From NCBI GenBank assembly GCA_040954595.2, contig CM082580.2:2284783-2348782 (forward strand): a stretch of DNA of 64,000 bases, in the 5' to 3' direction. This stretch comes from Balanoglossus misakiensis. Taxonomy: Eukaryota; Animalia; Hemichordata. The translations under genes and the position numbers were made by a program. This document shows, one piece after another, positions 1 to 14,206 of this stretch. How positions within the stretch are numbered: position 1 is the first letter of the stretch; every line of letters begins with the position of its first letter. The notes beneath the pieces are model-generated. The model was not told the origin of the DNA and made no database searches. It saw only the letters and a list, made by a program, of their open reading frames with translations.

Positions 1-361
1 AAATGTGCGATAAATAAAACATACATGTATGTAGTGTGACTGAATGCGAATACGATTCTTTCTCAATGTGGTTGTGAGCTGCATCACACTCGTCTTCGAC
101 TCGTATGATTCGGCTCACAACTACACTCGCGGCAATACGTCCCAACCAAGAGGTGATATCGGAGGATAACCTTACAATATCACCTGTAGAAAATACCTGT
201 CCATTATTTTGCCGTACGCAGTAGTATTATGCCGATATAGCATATTTAGCACTTTTTAATTCCACCGATGAAATAGTCGGGTCAGCATGGCGGTAACGAC
301 GTATAACCTTTCATACATCATAATACAATGGTTCTCACAAAACCGACTTTTCTCTACACAG

Positions 362-2135
362 TTAAAAGGAGCATTGTCACAGAACTGATGGCTAACGACA
401 TGCATTCTCTCCTGAAGAGTCTTCTGCAAAGGAGCGACTATTCCAATGCTACCGGAAAGCGTCTCCTAAAATTTTGTCTGCACGTCGCGAGAGCCCTTCA
501 GTATATGGCAAAAATGAAGGTACAATTTATCATGAACACCAGGCTTGTTTTTAATTGTTGGAAAATTTAACTATGCAGTAAATTGTTCTTGCATTAATAA
601 CCACAAATACATGTACATTTGTACATGAAGTGTCTGGATAGGCATACAATGATATAATTGTAAAACATTTCTTAATAGGTAGTACATCGTGACATTGCTG
701 CACGTAACGTTTTGATATCTCTTGAGGACACAGCCAAAATTGGTGACTTTGGGTTGGCCAGAGACGTATACCAGAATTTAGTTTATCATAGACATCCATC
801 AAAGGTCAGCTATTCAATTATCTAATTGACGTTATCTTCGATATATGTAATAAATACATAGTTCTTCTATATGACTATCAACAGCTCTCCCACTATGCAA
901 TAACATCATATATTCTAATCTTTCATTTATTCGCTCGCTGTACAGTATGGTTGCAAATTGCCCCTGCGTTGGATGGCACCGGAATCATTGACAGACAGCG
1001 TGTATTCCTCCCGAAGTGACATGTAAGTTGATATTTTTCAACTGCTATAACATGTAGTCCAATAGTTACAGTGTTGCATATGTTTAAATCGATTTCTTTC
1101 GTGAAAGTTCATTGCTATTAATTCAGTATATTGCTTGATTTTTACTATAGGTGGTCGTACGGAGTATTCCTTTGGGAAACTGCAACCTTAGGTAATGTAA
1201 CTTTCAAATCAAACGTTTGCCACGAACTTCCATTGGATTAGTTCATATTTACTTTAAATTACACGAAATAAACAACACAGGGCCATCATTAAAGACGCCT
1301 TACCTCACCAGGTAAAGCCAATGCTCCATACTTGTCATTACATTTACCCCTTGTCGGTCTGTTACTTGGACTGCCGCATCGACTTGGAACAATTCTGGTG
1401 ACAAGTTTTTCACAATTAAGGACTCATGGATTTTAACTGTTAAGAACATGGCCATACCCAAGGCACCAGTCTAAATCAAAGGCAGTCATTAATATCATCA
1501 TAACCTATAACTTCTCTATGCTGTACTGTTTAGGAGGTATGCCTTACGATGACATTGGTGTCGGCGAATTGGCTGACAGATTACAAAATGGCTACCGTCT
1601 GCAGATACCGCGGCGCTGCTATGAAGGTTTCTACTGTTTAATGAGACGATGTTGGAAGATTGAGCCAGCAGACCGAATCACGGCAGCCATGGCCGTTGAT
1701 TCCGTGATTATGTTCAGAGATGATGAAAAGGTCTCTAAATTTCTTATGTTGTAGTATGTTTAGGCGGGAACGTGGCATGATAAGAAAAAAAAGTTACGTC
1801 GAGACATCTCCCAATTTTAAATTTATTATAAATACATTGGAAAAACGAATAGATGGTGAACAACCCACACATTTTAGAACTAGTGTATTGTGAGATTAGG
1901 CGACACTAAATTGAGATTATTTCTTGTGCAGTGATCACCGAACGCATTTCATTCTAACGCCAGAATAGTTTTGTAAGGGCGCATGGTTTATATATTTGAG
2001 TAAACTACCATTGTATACGTATTCTTGTTCGTAAAATTCATCGATTCACAGATGTCAATCCCTTTGTACTTACATCGACCATCAAGCCATCTTTATTTTT
2101 CTCTCTTTCAGGGAATATTTAATGTCACAAAGTGA
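362..2135 (+). CDS. Receptor-type tyrosine kinase, 3' exons of the catalytic domain (5' part outside window)
   Basis: GT-AG exons 362-519, 679-804 ([22 protein letters not shown]), 946-1022 ([12 protein letters not shown]), 1151-1191 (WSYGVFLWE) and 1534-1730 (GMPY..GYRL..CW..P.DR). Probable last exon 2112-2135 (GIFNVTK*). Confidence 0.9.
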
Positions 2136-5100
2136 ATGGTTCACCTTTATTGAAAAGAATGACAAGAAAGAAAATACTGTACCTTAATAACAACACTTAT
2201 GTAAACTTCAACACTACAATTGCATCGACTTATGGACTTATAAGGGAAAGGACGCAAAACTGGGCATGTCGCCTGTACAAAATCAGAGGCCACCCCTCAG
2301 GGTGGATGGGGAGAAGCATGGGAAGTAACGTGCCTTGTTCAAAGACTCACCTAGGGTTTGGGCCCACGATAGTTTGGATAGTTCGATCATGAAATCGTGA
2401 CTGTAGTCAGTAGACATCACTAGTAAATATCAATCAATCATTCATTCATTCATTCATACATTCAAAACTACTTTAACAAAAAAAGTCTAAATTTCGGCTT
2501 TTTCCAAAATAATTGTCCACGTGAGTGAACATAGACTGAATTAATTAAACTACTCGTTGATTTGGAAAGTACAAGTAGTTTTTCGGTAATTCTTAGAGTT
2601 CAAACATTTAGAATTATGTACGAGATTGTCTACGACATATAACTTAGGTGAAATTAGTGTATCTCGGGCTATTATAGTGGGAAAGAGTGTTGAGCCGTAG
2701 ACGCCTTACATGCCTGCACCCTCACAGTTCAAACTTTGGTGAGTGAAGGTCCGCGAAGACGATTGCTGTCGTGGATCACGGTCATTGCGACTGTAATCAT
2801 CTGACTTTGGTCTGGATGAAATGTCCCCAGGAACAATCAATGCGTTGCTCTGAAATTGTAGATACACACACTGGAGGTCGTGCACATGTACCTGTAGAAG
2901 ACATGGATTCCACGTACATGTATGACTCACTGCAAGGTCATTTAGCTAAAGCATTGTTCAATTTGCCAGAATTACGCTCACTGGTCTTTTCATGGAAGTA
3001 CTTGTCACTACTTTTTGGTGAAAATTCCTTTGTATGCCTGACAGATGTTTATTTATTTTGTACATAAAATCCCCACAGCAGATACATTGAATAAACGTCA
3101 GTTTGTCTAGGCCACGGTTGTCATATAATCCCATATTTATCTATATCAGGAAACGTTTCAATTCCTCTTAAACTTAAGTTAACTAGAACAGTCACACCCT
3201 CCCAAACCTGTCGTACTTTAGCTATTGATGTATCAAAGTTCAATTGGCCATGCAAGATCACGTGCTATGCAAAATCACATGATTTTAAATGTGGCAGACT
3301 AACATGGCTACGATCCGCCTTCCAATCTTTTGAGAGATTGTCAGGGATTGAGCAATGACTCGTATTTCATTTGTCTTCTTCATTATTTTTTTTCAAATTA
3401 TAAAACATACACTGAAGGAATAAAAGTTTTTAAACGAAAATGAAAATATAAGTATGACACTTGTAGCTTATGGGACACTGCCACATAATAGTTCACCAAA
3501 ATTAATATGTAAGGCACGTCATACTGAATTCCTGGTAGTAATCAGTGGGAGGGGGCAAAGGTCACGTACAGGACTGCTATGTCGAGGGAGCTCGAGCGTA
3601 AGGCTAAATTCCTTCGATTGACAACGGCAGGGCACAAAGGTTACTGACGTGGCGTGAATCGCTGACTGGACTTGTTTGGAAATCACGAGACTGTAACTGG
3701 ATAAAAAATTGTATACTTTAAATAATCTTCGAAATGCTCTCAATTCTGTCTATGAAATGACATTGCCTGATAATATATCAAGATGGCCCCAAAATTAAAG
3801 AAATATCAGTACAGTCGAAAATTCCCGCGTCGTTTTATTATTAATGGACAAAAAAGCGGAAGACGTGGGCCAGCAGTTACCCACACCTTCATTGTGTGAC
3901 GTCACGTCAAAGTTATGTCAGTAAGTCCTACCTGCCAAGAAACGGCAGGTAATACCAGGAAACACTGTCAGGAGATTCTACTGAATTTGCATTCACCGAA
4001 CAGTACAAGACAACCTGAGGCCACTTGCTTCATTTCGACAAGGGAGTCCAACTCGACAACTGCCCGAAGAAGTCGCCACAAGAAAAGCCACACCGGTCGG
4101 CGGAGAACGACGTCCATATACAATACAGGTACGCTAGAATGGTCCTTTTCGTGTTACCGTTTCAGGCATTTCTTAGTTATTTCGAAAATGGAGCGAGCGA
4201 TACTAAAAGTGGCGGTGCTTTGTTCTAATTTCTCACAACTCGTTTAGAATACAAGACATCCTAATTCAGGTATTTAACAACGCACGAAAATACACATCGC
4301 ATAAAAACTGGATTCTCGCCCGGTTTAAAAATTAACGAATACTATGACGGGGGTACGAACAGAACAGTGAAATCATGACTTAATATAAAGGCATGACGGA
4401 AGAATGATAATTTTGAGACATGTTTGTAGTATGCAATATTATTAAATTTGAGAAATTGTTGCTAAAATTCCATTCATTAGTCTCTTTTGTATGGTACATT
4501 TGTTGGTTGGCAATTGTTCGGGACAGGGGCATATATCTACATTTCAGAGAATAATTATATAATTAAATCCGACACAACTATTCTGGTCACAAGTTCTTTC
4601 TGAGGGTGACCTCCCTCGCATAATTGATCTGTAACTTATTCTCTTTTTGCGTTTTGATATTGTTAAACGCTTGTTTGTATTTAGCCTATTCTGGCCTGGT
4701 TTGCCTCTGAACCCGGAAATACTGACCAGTCCGAGAGGGAAGCTCGTTGCTATAGTCACCAATGCATAATGCGGTGGACTTAAAACCTGTGGAGCGCGTT
4801 CGGCTGTTTTGTTTACACACGGGAACAGCGTGTCCTACATTTTGCCCAAAACACGACTGTTCCGCCTATATTTCAGTGCACTTCGCAAAAATAAACTGCG
4901 CTGCCAATCCTCGGCGGCCAAAGACATTATATTTGTTAAACACTGGTCGCGTACAGATTCCCGCACGCGTATACGCACACGCCACACATAAACTCAGTAC
5001 CGGGGGTGACGTTTATATCCGTTGCCTTCAAAGTGTGCCCTATGCACGAGTCCGTATCAGAGATAGTCGAGTAAATTTATTTTCCACTGTACGTCATGAG

Positions 5101-5166
5101 AATATAATATGAGTTTAATTTTGACTGACCATTTATTTAAAAAATGCGTCTTATTTGCAGTCAAAC

Positions 5167-6009
5167 ATGGCGAATTTTATGCAAAATATCATGGCGGCCT
5201 ACCAGATGTATATACAAGATGTGATGGAAGAGTATGAGATTGAGCCAGACGACGTACCGCGGCGATTCAAACGCCAAAGCGCACACGGCAACTGCCGCTC
5301 TGCTTGTGGAAACTGCAAGCAATCTTGGGGTTCCCATCTTGGATGGCTTACCTTCGACTTCAAAGCCCAGAGGATCCATAAATTCTGGCGGCAAAAGTGC
5401 AAAACGTGCCAACGACCAAAGATTATGACCTTCAGCGATGCGGAGCTCATTAGGATGATAGAAATTGCACTGATTAGGTGAGGGGTGGTATATCTCATTG
5501 GACTCTTTACTTTACATTGAATTTCTATGAAGGAACCTGCGATCAAGACACTAGATCTTATTTGCTCACCCCCTCTGTACAATGAAATTGCTTGACGGAT
5601 TGTACGGGACCCCGTTGAAGTCGACGCGTTTGACATAACTGTGTAGACATACATATATTTTGGTGCAAATGACGAAAGACATTTTAAGATACTTATAGGA
5701 AAACATTTTGCTGATCCCACTTCCTAAACTTCGATTGAGGTGCTTTTATTTTTTTAGTCTGAGACATGTCCCTAAATAATCGACATAATTTTAATAATGT
5801 TATACTTCCTATATTATAACACTGTGTATTTGATACTCAGGTTGATCCAATTTATGAACGGGGTGCACCCGGCACAGTTACAGGATCGGGAGAGACCTTC
5901 GGACGAAGATGACCCGGATGCAGACACCGACCCACCACATGAAATGAAACTTTGCGAGAAATGCCTCTGGGGAGCGCGAAGGTGCTGGCGGAATTTGCGC
6001 AGACGATGA
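5167..6009 (+). CDS. 3CxxC-type zinc-finger protein (receptor-transporting protein/ZAR1-like), paralog 1
   Basis: Exons 5167-5477 and 5841-6009 joined by a phase-2 GT-AG intron. CGNC..W.S..W..F......QKCKTC ... PHEMKLCEKC..G..RC matches the zf-3CxxC pattern. Confidence 0.8.
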
Positions 6010-7050
6010 TGACGTCACGGGAAAATGTAGACGCTGTTGCTCGTAATGCACCCGGATATGAGAGTTTATCACCGTGGCGTCCATCACACTATTAAATCGT
6101 ATGGCCATTAGTGTACAGAGGTCGATTTCGTCTTATTTGATTTGATTTGATTTGTATACATTTGATTCAGATTAACTGTACGAATACTACATTTCTGGAG
6201 AATGAATGGGTGGGCTTTTCAGTCAAGAGTTGTACGCAGGACAAATCTCCCCAATAATATGCAGAATCTCTATAGATAGGGCAAGAGCATAACATTTAAA
6301 TTTCTTGTGCAATGGACCTTTACAAATTGATGTTATTTACAGGGCGGCGACAAGGAAAATATATTTAAGCATCCTGCATCCTTCCATTACGTTTTAAGAC
6401 TTTCTAAACTAACTATCGACGAAAAATCCATCGACATCGTGAGAAATTGATAGGGCAGGAATGAAGTACATGTAAAGGAAATGATGTTTGATCAACAGTG
6501 ATAGAGAGCTGAAAACAATTACTATATTGATATTGAATTCCAAAATAGTTATCCTGGTATTAACGCGCTTGTAATGATAAAATAAATCAGTCATTCCCAT
6601 CTATCGTTCCGCCAAAAATCCCAATTTAAATATCACCTTTATGCGTATAAGGCTAGTAGTAAGCATATGCACATAGCAATACAGCTCAGCACAGCCCAGA
6701 AAAATCACACAGAACAACGCCATGTCCGCGAAAGAAAAAATTATGTGGACCTATGCATCTCACAAATTCCGACCCTTCCTGGTCAAACAGCCTGGTATTC
6801 AAAGTTTTTTAGGCTTCAATTGTATGCAATCAAATTGTGGGTGTGCGAATATGGGTTTGATACAGTATAAAAACAATGTCCATTTATTAATGCTGGCTTA
6901 AATTGCTATCAGCAATCGGGCCAATAAAGACACAATCGCATTCCGCTGGGCGTGCTTGTTCACACGGATTCACAAGCAGCCGATTAAATTGACAGTACGG
7001 CTTTTTTTCTGTTGCATTGTTAAATAAAATGGCTTTTTATTCATCTTGTA

Positions 7051-7454
7051 TGGAAAACCCCTGCGCGTCATGTCTTTGGCGGGGTTTTCCCTTACCAGGT
7101 CAATTGAGGTCACAAGCGTATCACTATCATACGTTGATAGCAGCGACAACTATATTTAATACCTCACAGTAATCGTCCACTTATACACAAGAGATTGAGT
7201 TTTAAATATTAAAAAGAACACAGCAGCTCCAAAGAACCCGACCAGTCTATCAGCAACCCACTTTCACTTTATGCGAGGTGGGTATTTCCACCGTGGAAAT
7301 ACCCGTGATTATTATTCACGCTAAAAATAGCCACCGCTATATGCCATATAATTTGTGGGCACTCTCATTACAGTGTGTGTAACACCTGTTCAACGAAGGT
7401 CATTATCCGCATTTACTTGTGGAGAGCACTTACGTATCAGATCTGGCATCTGAG
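7051..7454 (+). promoter_or_regulatory. Putative immune-inducible promoter and non-coding first exon of 3CxxC paralog 2
   Basis: kB-like sites GGAAAACCCC (7052) and GGGGTTTTCC (7081). IRF-type CACTTTCACTTT (7259-7270). Palindromic GGGTATTTCCA-CCG-TGGAAATACCC (7280-7304). TATA-like sequence near 7346. Donor GAG|GTAAGT at 7454/7455 with acceptor at 9090. Confidence 0.45.
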
Positions 7455-7570
7455 GTAAGTCTTCTGTACACTAAACAGCGTAAAGTCGATGTCGTTCGGT
7501 CGCAGCATACAAGTATCATACGTTCACATCAATGCAGGTATGGGGTGAACATGCAATGCATACATGCGCG

Positions 7571-8280
7571 CTAAAATAAATATCGCAATGCCCTTTTAAT
7601 ACTTAAACTGTTTACGTACAGACTGCCCACGGTGGTCGGCGCCGGTCGCGCGCGACCAGCACTCTCAGGCGGTGACCAGAACAAAAAGGTCGCGACCATT
7701 ACTATTGCTGATTGCTGTGATATTGCTGTGATACGCGCATTTTGGCGTGAGAAATTTTCTTTTTCGGCGGTAATCAAACACATGGGAGGAGTGAGTTAAC
7801 AAAGACACCCGCTAAACTGTCGATAACAAGGTCATGCGCGTTCAACTGACCGTGCAGGTACATCGGGTCTACAGCTCGATGCAGCCGGCTGGGTCCCGCG
7901 ATCGCGCGCGACCATCCACTCTTGAGATCGACTCCAAAGTCGTTGTCACGGTCGAGATTGCTAATGGCCTTGATCGGTATGAAATTGTAGTCTTCGAAAC
8001 CCCAAAAATCGGCATCATTGTTGATGTCGCCGTCATGAAAATGTCCATTGAAAAATTGCCTGTCTTCCAGGTTTACAAAGCAAGGAAAGACGCATACTGT
8101 CAAAGGTCACGTAATTAGGTCAGGTCGACAACACTTTACATCGAGCTCATGAATATTAATAATATAATTAATATTCATGAGCGCGACCACCACTTCTTTT
8201 TGGCTCGGCAGAAATATTCATTTTGGGGCGTCGCCGAGAATTTAAATCTATAAAAGTCCTTTTATCGATTTGTATTTTAT
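7571..8280. mobile_element. Possible non-autonomous element in an intron
   Basis: GC-rich block with recurrent GCGCGACCA motifs (~7650, ~7906, ~8181), an AT-rich palindrome at 8143-8184 and weak terminal inverted similarity. Confidence 0.3.
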
Positions 8281-8754
8281 GGAATACTTATAGAAATCCA
8301 CAGGTCGTTTAAAATCGTGAATCTACAAATTAAGGGGTCATGACCCGAACATGGAAGAAGGAAGGTCACTTATTATAATTAAACTTCGATCGAAAAGACT
8401 TCTTCATAATCCAATTAGTCTAGCAAAAGCGGCTTGTCACATGTTTGTTTGTCCTTAGTCGTTGATTGCGGCATATTATTCAAACAGCAACATTGTCCCG
8501 GGAATATAAAAGCAGAAAGCACAGACAGTAAACACAATGTCTATGACAATGTATATGACATCACTTAACCGCCCTTGGTGCGCATCATAGTTTGTTGTCT
8601 GGCTACACCGCGCATGGTACGAACTCCCTGGATCCATGACGTCAATCGCATTTGTCCTGGTGAAATCGGATGTTACATTAAAATTTTCGATTTCATATTT
8701 GAATTAGACGAGTACAATAACCAAACGGTGTTCGGAGTCCTGTTGAATTGGTTA

Positions 8755-8810
8755 GTTGTTGGTTGGTTGGTTGGTTGGTTGGTTGGTTGGTTGGTTGGTT
8801 GGTTGGTTGG
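8755..8810. repeat. (GGTT)n microsatellite
   Basis: Direct reading of the sequence. Confidence 0.95.
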
Positions 8811-9097
8811 AGTACAGGTTTAGTGATGTAATGGGTGCCACATCCAATGTGTATGCACATGCTTGGTAGAATCTTCACAAATCCGAGATAGTGTCCGTAG
8901 GAATAAAAATATAGAAGTATATGTATATGTAATTGACGTTTTTCTACCATTTTCAAAAAAGCGTATTAAAAACTCAAAAACAAAATAAAATGCAAATATT
9001 GAAGTACTAGAACATATTGTATGACGAGAAGCGGAGTTTAAGATCTTATACATGCAGGTGATCGGAATATTCTTTCTCTGCTATCATCAGGTAAAAC

Positions 9098-10007
9098 ATG
9101 GCGAGATTTATACGAGATGCAATGGAGGAATATGATATAGAGAAATACGAAGTCTCTCATGAATTGAGATACCAACGCGTGTACGGCCGTGGCTACTGCC
9201 AATGTGATGTGTGCAATAATTCCTGGAGTTCTCAGCTCAGCTGGATTACCATCGACTTTCGAAATTTGTACATCTATAAAAGATGGGAACAGAAATGTGC
9301 AACCTGTTATCAACCCAGCCCTATGAATTTCAGGGAAAAGGAGTTGGAACGAATAATAGACATTGCTGCAAAGAGGTGAGTGTCCAGTGGCGATATAAAC
9401 GACTAGACTGGAGACATTCCTTCGTGCATGCATTTATTGTCTAAGATATAGATAAGACCACTGTCATGTAGAAAACTATATAGGCCTATGTATGAAGTGT
9501 TTTATTGTGTGAGGTCAACTCTATCTCCGTCACTAACGTTTGCAGAGTTAACTCTGAACAACAGCAACTTCGCCCAGTTTAAAAGGGGAACGTGTATTTG
9601 TTTCCTGTCATGAGAGTATGGACCGATTATAGTGTATTATGCAGCATTTAATAAACTGCAATTCTAACTTGTTTAATGCAAAGCAAGGGTTTTGCAAAAA
9701 TGTTACAGAGAGATGAATATGTATTGATATATTCCAGAACAACCGGTATATATCACGAAGTTGTATGCCTATATACATGGTGTTAGCAGAGACTAAAGAC
9801 CAGTGAGTCAATCATTCAAAACAAATAAAATGCAAGCCTGACATGTAAACTTCAATTGTTACATGTAGATGTGTTGCCTTGATGAATGGTGACTACGTTG
9901 CCAGGAGAGACGATGACGCAGCTGGCTATAGGGGAGGACCTCATGCAAGTGAACTCTGTGAGAAGTGTCAGTATGGCCGGAATAAGTGCTGGACTCGAAG
10001 ACATTAG
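9098..10007 (+). CDS. 3CxxC-type zinc-finger protein (RTP/ZAR1-like), paralog 2
   Basis: Exons 9098-9375 and 9869-10007, with the intron at the same position and phase as paralog 1. CDVCNNSWSS..W...QKCATC ... GPHASELCEKCQYGRNKCW. Confidence 0.8.
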
Positions 10008-10985
10008 AGGCTTTGCACAGAATAAATTTGGCCACGAGTATATATCAGTGTGATGTCCGGGGAGGGGTTATTGACAGCCGACAACGACGGAGTTCCACAG
10101 AAGTGATGTTTATTGAATGACAACCACACGGGCACTAAAAGTTACAGGAAATCACGTATGCAGACCACGTGACAATCACGTGACTATGACGATACTACCA
10201 CAACCAGCAGACGAACCATAGAAGTTATATGAACTACATGGAAACTACATGAAAGAAACACAGTCCGGTCGCCGGGATGAACAACCTGAAAAGATTGACA
10301 AGCACTACTAGTGCCTTCGGGTTTGAGATGTTCATCACGATACTGAAGTAATTCTTTTAAATTCTCTTCCTAGCGTATAGGCAATTATGCTGTCAGTTTA
10401 GAAACTCTATTTTTCTTTCTGACTCAAAAATAGTAGTAAATGTTTTTATGATGACAAATTATTAACACAGTTGGTAAAAACGACATATTCTGAATAGATA
10501 TTCACTAACTCCATTACATTTAGGGACATGTACAAGTATATTAACGTCAGAGACTTTTCTTGTATTTATAGAGCGATACTTGTCCGTGTAACAACACATG
10601 TCATATTCTATAATTCCTAAATGATGACAATCCTGTTACGAGGTATACATTCTGTATACTTATTGTAGCTTCTAATTCAAAGTTATTCATTCTATATTGA
10701 AGTTTGCTTATATTGATTTCAAGTATTTCAAAATTTAAAGTGATACCATAGAGAGAACAACATAGATTAGCTTCCGGGTTTCTTTCTAAGTATCGTAAGC
10801 ATGCTGAAAATTGAGGGGAAAACTGAAGTTGGGGTCGTTGAGTTTTGATTTTCAGTACAGAGCTGAAAAAATGATGTTACCCTGAGAAGGTCGTCGATTG
10901 CTTAATAATAAGTGCATACTGTGGCCATAGTTGTCATGTTCTCAGATTACCATTTGGGTTCAGAGATGTAAGGTTACATCATTAA

Positions 10986-11069
10986 CCCTTTCACCCCGCT
11001 TCCCTCCTTAGAGGTCCAACCTGACCACAGAAAACAATGGGGTTCGACGGAACCATGGTGGTGAAAGGG
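10986..11069. mobile_element. Tiny piggyBac-like MITE
   Basis: TIR CCCTTTCACC...GGTGAAAGGG, flanked by TTAA and TCAA. Confidence 0.5.
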
Positions 11070-11183
11070 TCAAAGAAATCTTTGCTGAAAGTGAGACATA
11101 TTCATATAGTTGTGACATAATTGTACATGGTGTGCTCATGCAAGTGTCACACAGGGATGGTCATGTACTTTTATGTGGCTTAC

Positions 11184-13197
11184 CTGTAAATTCCAGCGTA
11201 TAAGAATCTGAGATGCCGTCTTCTCGTATTTCATGGCAATCTCTTTGACAATGGCATCATCAAGCGCTAGACATTTGGACAGGGGACAATACTCCTTCAT
11301 ACATAAAATAATATTTGAATACATATTTAACATTTAAAAATAACAAGTTATTACATCTAAAATATACTGACACTTTCTTTTCCATTATAAAGCAGTCCAA
11401 AAAAAATAATTTTCTTATTTTCATATTAATGCTATAAACAAAAATATGTATACATAAAAGAAATAATAGCCTCCCCTGAATACTTGATGTTGCCAGTATG
11501 CAAGGGCAGTGGTCACACACAATGTAAAATCTGGCCACGATGATGCTTCAATGACCCCGACGAGTGCGTTTCGGGGTCATTAAGTATTGAAGCATACACT
11601 TGACCATTATAAATTAAACACATCTTCAAAATGGTCATATGTCATACATACATACATACATACATACATACATACATACATACATACATACATACATACA
11701 TACATACATACATACATACATACATACATACATACATACAGAGACAGACAGACAGACATGAATATGAGTGAAAGCAAAATATGATGTAAACATATTGATT
11801 GAGCACAGTAAAGTCACAAGAGGTCACAAGAGGTCAGGCGATTTTAATGCCATGCAGAAACTCACCTGAACACATAGGCTATGTTGTTGTTGCGACAAAA
11901 CTATCTATTGGGTGGGGAAGAATAGGTCAAAAGGTCACTTACATGGAAACTAGCAGACCAATTAAATGCTTGTTTTTACAGAAATTTAACTTATGGATGA
12001 TATGGGTTTCAAAATGTTTAAAGACCATGTGATGTCATGTGATGTGACATAATTTTATTTTTAAATTTAAGAAATGGTACATTATTCCAACCACATGAGA
12101 TGATAAGACCATAAAAGTACCTGGTTGACATGTGGTGCCACTGTCCACACTTCTCTGAGCTCTTCTAAGTGGTCAATTTCAAAGTTACTGTGAATGAACA
12201 ATGTATTCTGTTGTAACTCTCTCAAATTCACTTACTGATAATCTAATGTCATTAAGGTCTTAAGACTGGGGGGGGGGGGGTTAAAGTCTTCCTTTGCTAA
12301 GCCATGACCCCAAGCTGACAAAGACAGTCTCACCACACAAGAAGGCAGTGAGAACCTTGGCATCAGCATACTGGTATATTCCTAGGTAAATCTACAAGGA
12401 ATACCGGTATCTGTAAAGTGTACAGGCACACAGATTATGAGATTTATGTAAACTAAATGGATGATTAACTTGATAATGATTTAAATGAAAAACATAGGGA
12501 TTCCAACATGTAAATATTCAATGTCAACAAGAACTAGTATGTGAAACAGGAAGTGAAAGTTGCCCCTTTCAGATCATGAGGATGTGTCACACACTGCAAA
12601 TAAACATATGTTTTAAGAGACACGCCATATCAAGTGACATGAACACTGAACACGGAGACCTCATATGTTAACTTTATGTATCACAGTGAAAAAGCTTGAC
12701 AGTAATTTTTGCTCAAGAATTATGGTCTGGCACAAGTGATGGTCAGATAACCGTGTACTTGTCACAATTCAAAATGGCCGCAACTGCACAGTCAAAGCAG
12801 CTCATGTACCATCAGAGTTAACCCACTGACAGCCTATGGTTAAAGTTTCCCACACAAAAAAATCTATAGTTCAATGCAGGTGATAGCAGGGATTTGCAGA
12901 ACAAAAAAAAACATTTCTTGAAAAAAAATAGATTTTGGAAGCTCTTCTTTTAATAGTGTTCAATGGGACTTCCATTATAATGTAGGCAATTTAAACAATC
13001 AATAGCATCGTCTACAAAAATCAACATGCAACAAATCTGTCTGCCTAATTTTTATGGTGCTGGACCAGGGGGGATAGGGAGTCCGACCAGAACCGGACTG
13101 TAAAAGCTACTGAGAAAAAGCCAGAATCCATCATTACTTTCCCTGTAAAGTTCTCCTGGTGGGCAAGTTGGCCAGTGAATGAAGTACAGGTCTGTGT
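11184..13197 (-). pseudogene. Aldo-keto reductase family exon remnants
   Basis: Exon 11294-11184 reads EYCPLSK..LDDAIVKEIAMKYEKTASQILIRWNLQ|GTAAG. Segment ~13197-13150 reads DLYFIHWP. Other AKR exons were not found. Confidence 0.55.
11643..11738. repeat. (CATA)n microsatellite
   Basis: Direct reading of the sequence. Confidence 0.95.
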
Positions 13198-14206
13198 CAA
13201 AACAAAACAAATAAAATCGTTTCAACATATTCTCTGTACAGATTAAGGATGCTTTCAGTAATGTAATTATCAAACCCCCAAATGTAAACATTTTCTTAAA
13301 TCTCGGACACAGGGGAGCTCATCTTAGTACAGCACCGAATCACTATGGATACAGTGGTCATGTGACATCCTTTTTGGGAATCTTCGAAATTCAGTTTTTA
13401 CCCAGTTTTGCTAATCAATCATGCGCTATCAAACTTTAACAAATAATATATACTTGTCACTTGCAAAGAAGATTTCTACAGTAACAAAGGTGGCGAACAC
13501 TAAGATTTTCCAAAAATAAAGCAGTAAAGATTTCCATGGAACTCAAGAAAGCTATGATAAATTTGTGAACCCTTCACAAGAAAATATGTGGAGTTTTGAC
13601 TGTACTAAGTACACCTATGCACCTTTCACGTTTCATTAACTGCAGTGGCAGGAAGCCCTGCTGCTCTGGCTGTGAACACATCATACTGCCAACTGACAGC
13701 CACGCGTGCTTGAACCAATGAATTTCAAAACAACATAAAAATTGTGTGTACGAGTTACCCATGTTGTCTTAATTTTTGTATCAGCTCTAACAAATATGGT
13801 TTTCGATGCCTGAGTGATGGTTCTGGATAAACTGATGTATGCATGCATATCAACACAGACGCCCATCTGTGATTTCCAGGCTTCGTTTGCAAGGAAAGTA
13901 AACAACAGGAAGAGAACATTAAAATACAATGGCATCGTCGATGAAGATGTAAAACCTGATATCAACAAATGGCTTTATGTGATAACAGGATCGCGACTGA
14001 TATTTCACTATTTTTATCACTTCCGGGAAGTCGTTTGACATATATTTGAATGAAACTCTCAGTGCTGACAGGTAATGTATTCTGATTGGCTAAACTGCAA
14101 CGTTGATAAGCCTTAATTATCCTGCAAGCATTTAAATACTGCCATTCCACAAAAATTAAAATCACTTCTCTTTAGAGCTCAGGTGACGACTTCACACCAA
14201 AACACC

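Noticed and set aside
68-128. Hairpin as a structured ncRNA
   Set aside because: An imperfect inverted repeat in a kinase intron, more likely a MITE remnant. No RNA family features.
11587-11827. ORFs with HTYI/MYVC repeats (also VGWL at 8575-8956)
   Set aside because: These are translations of microsatellites.
12541-12560. Ets/IRF-like GGAAGTGAAAGT motif
   Set aside because: An isolated short motif with no adjacent promoter evidence; it could occur by chance.
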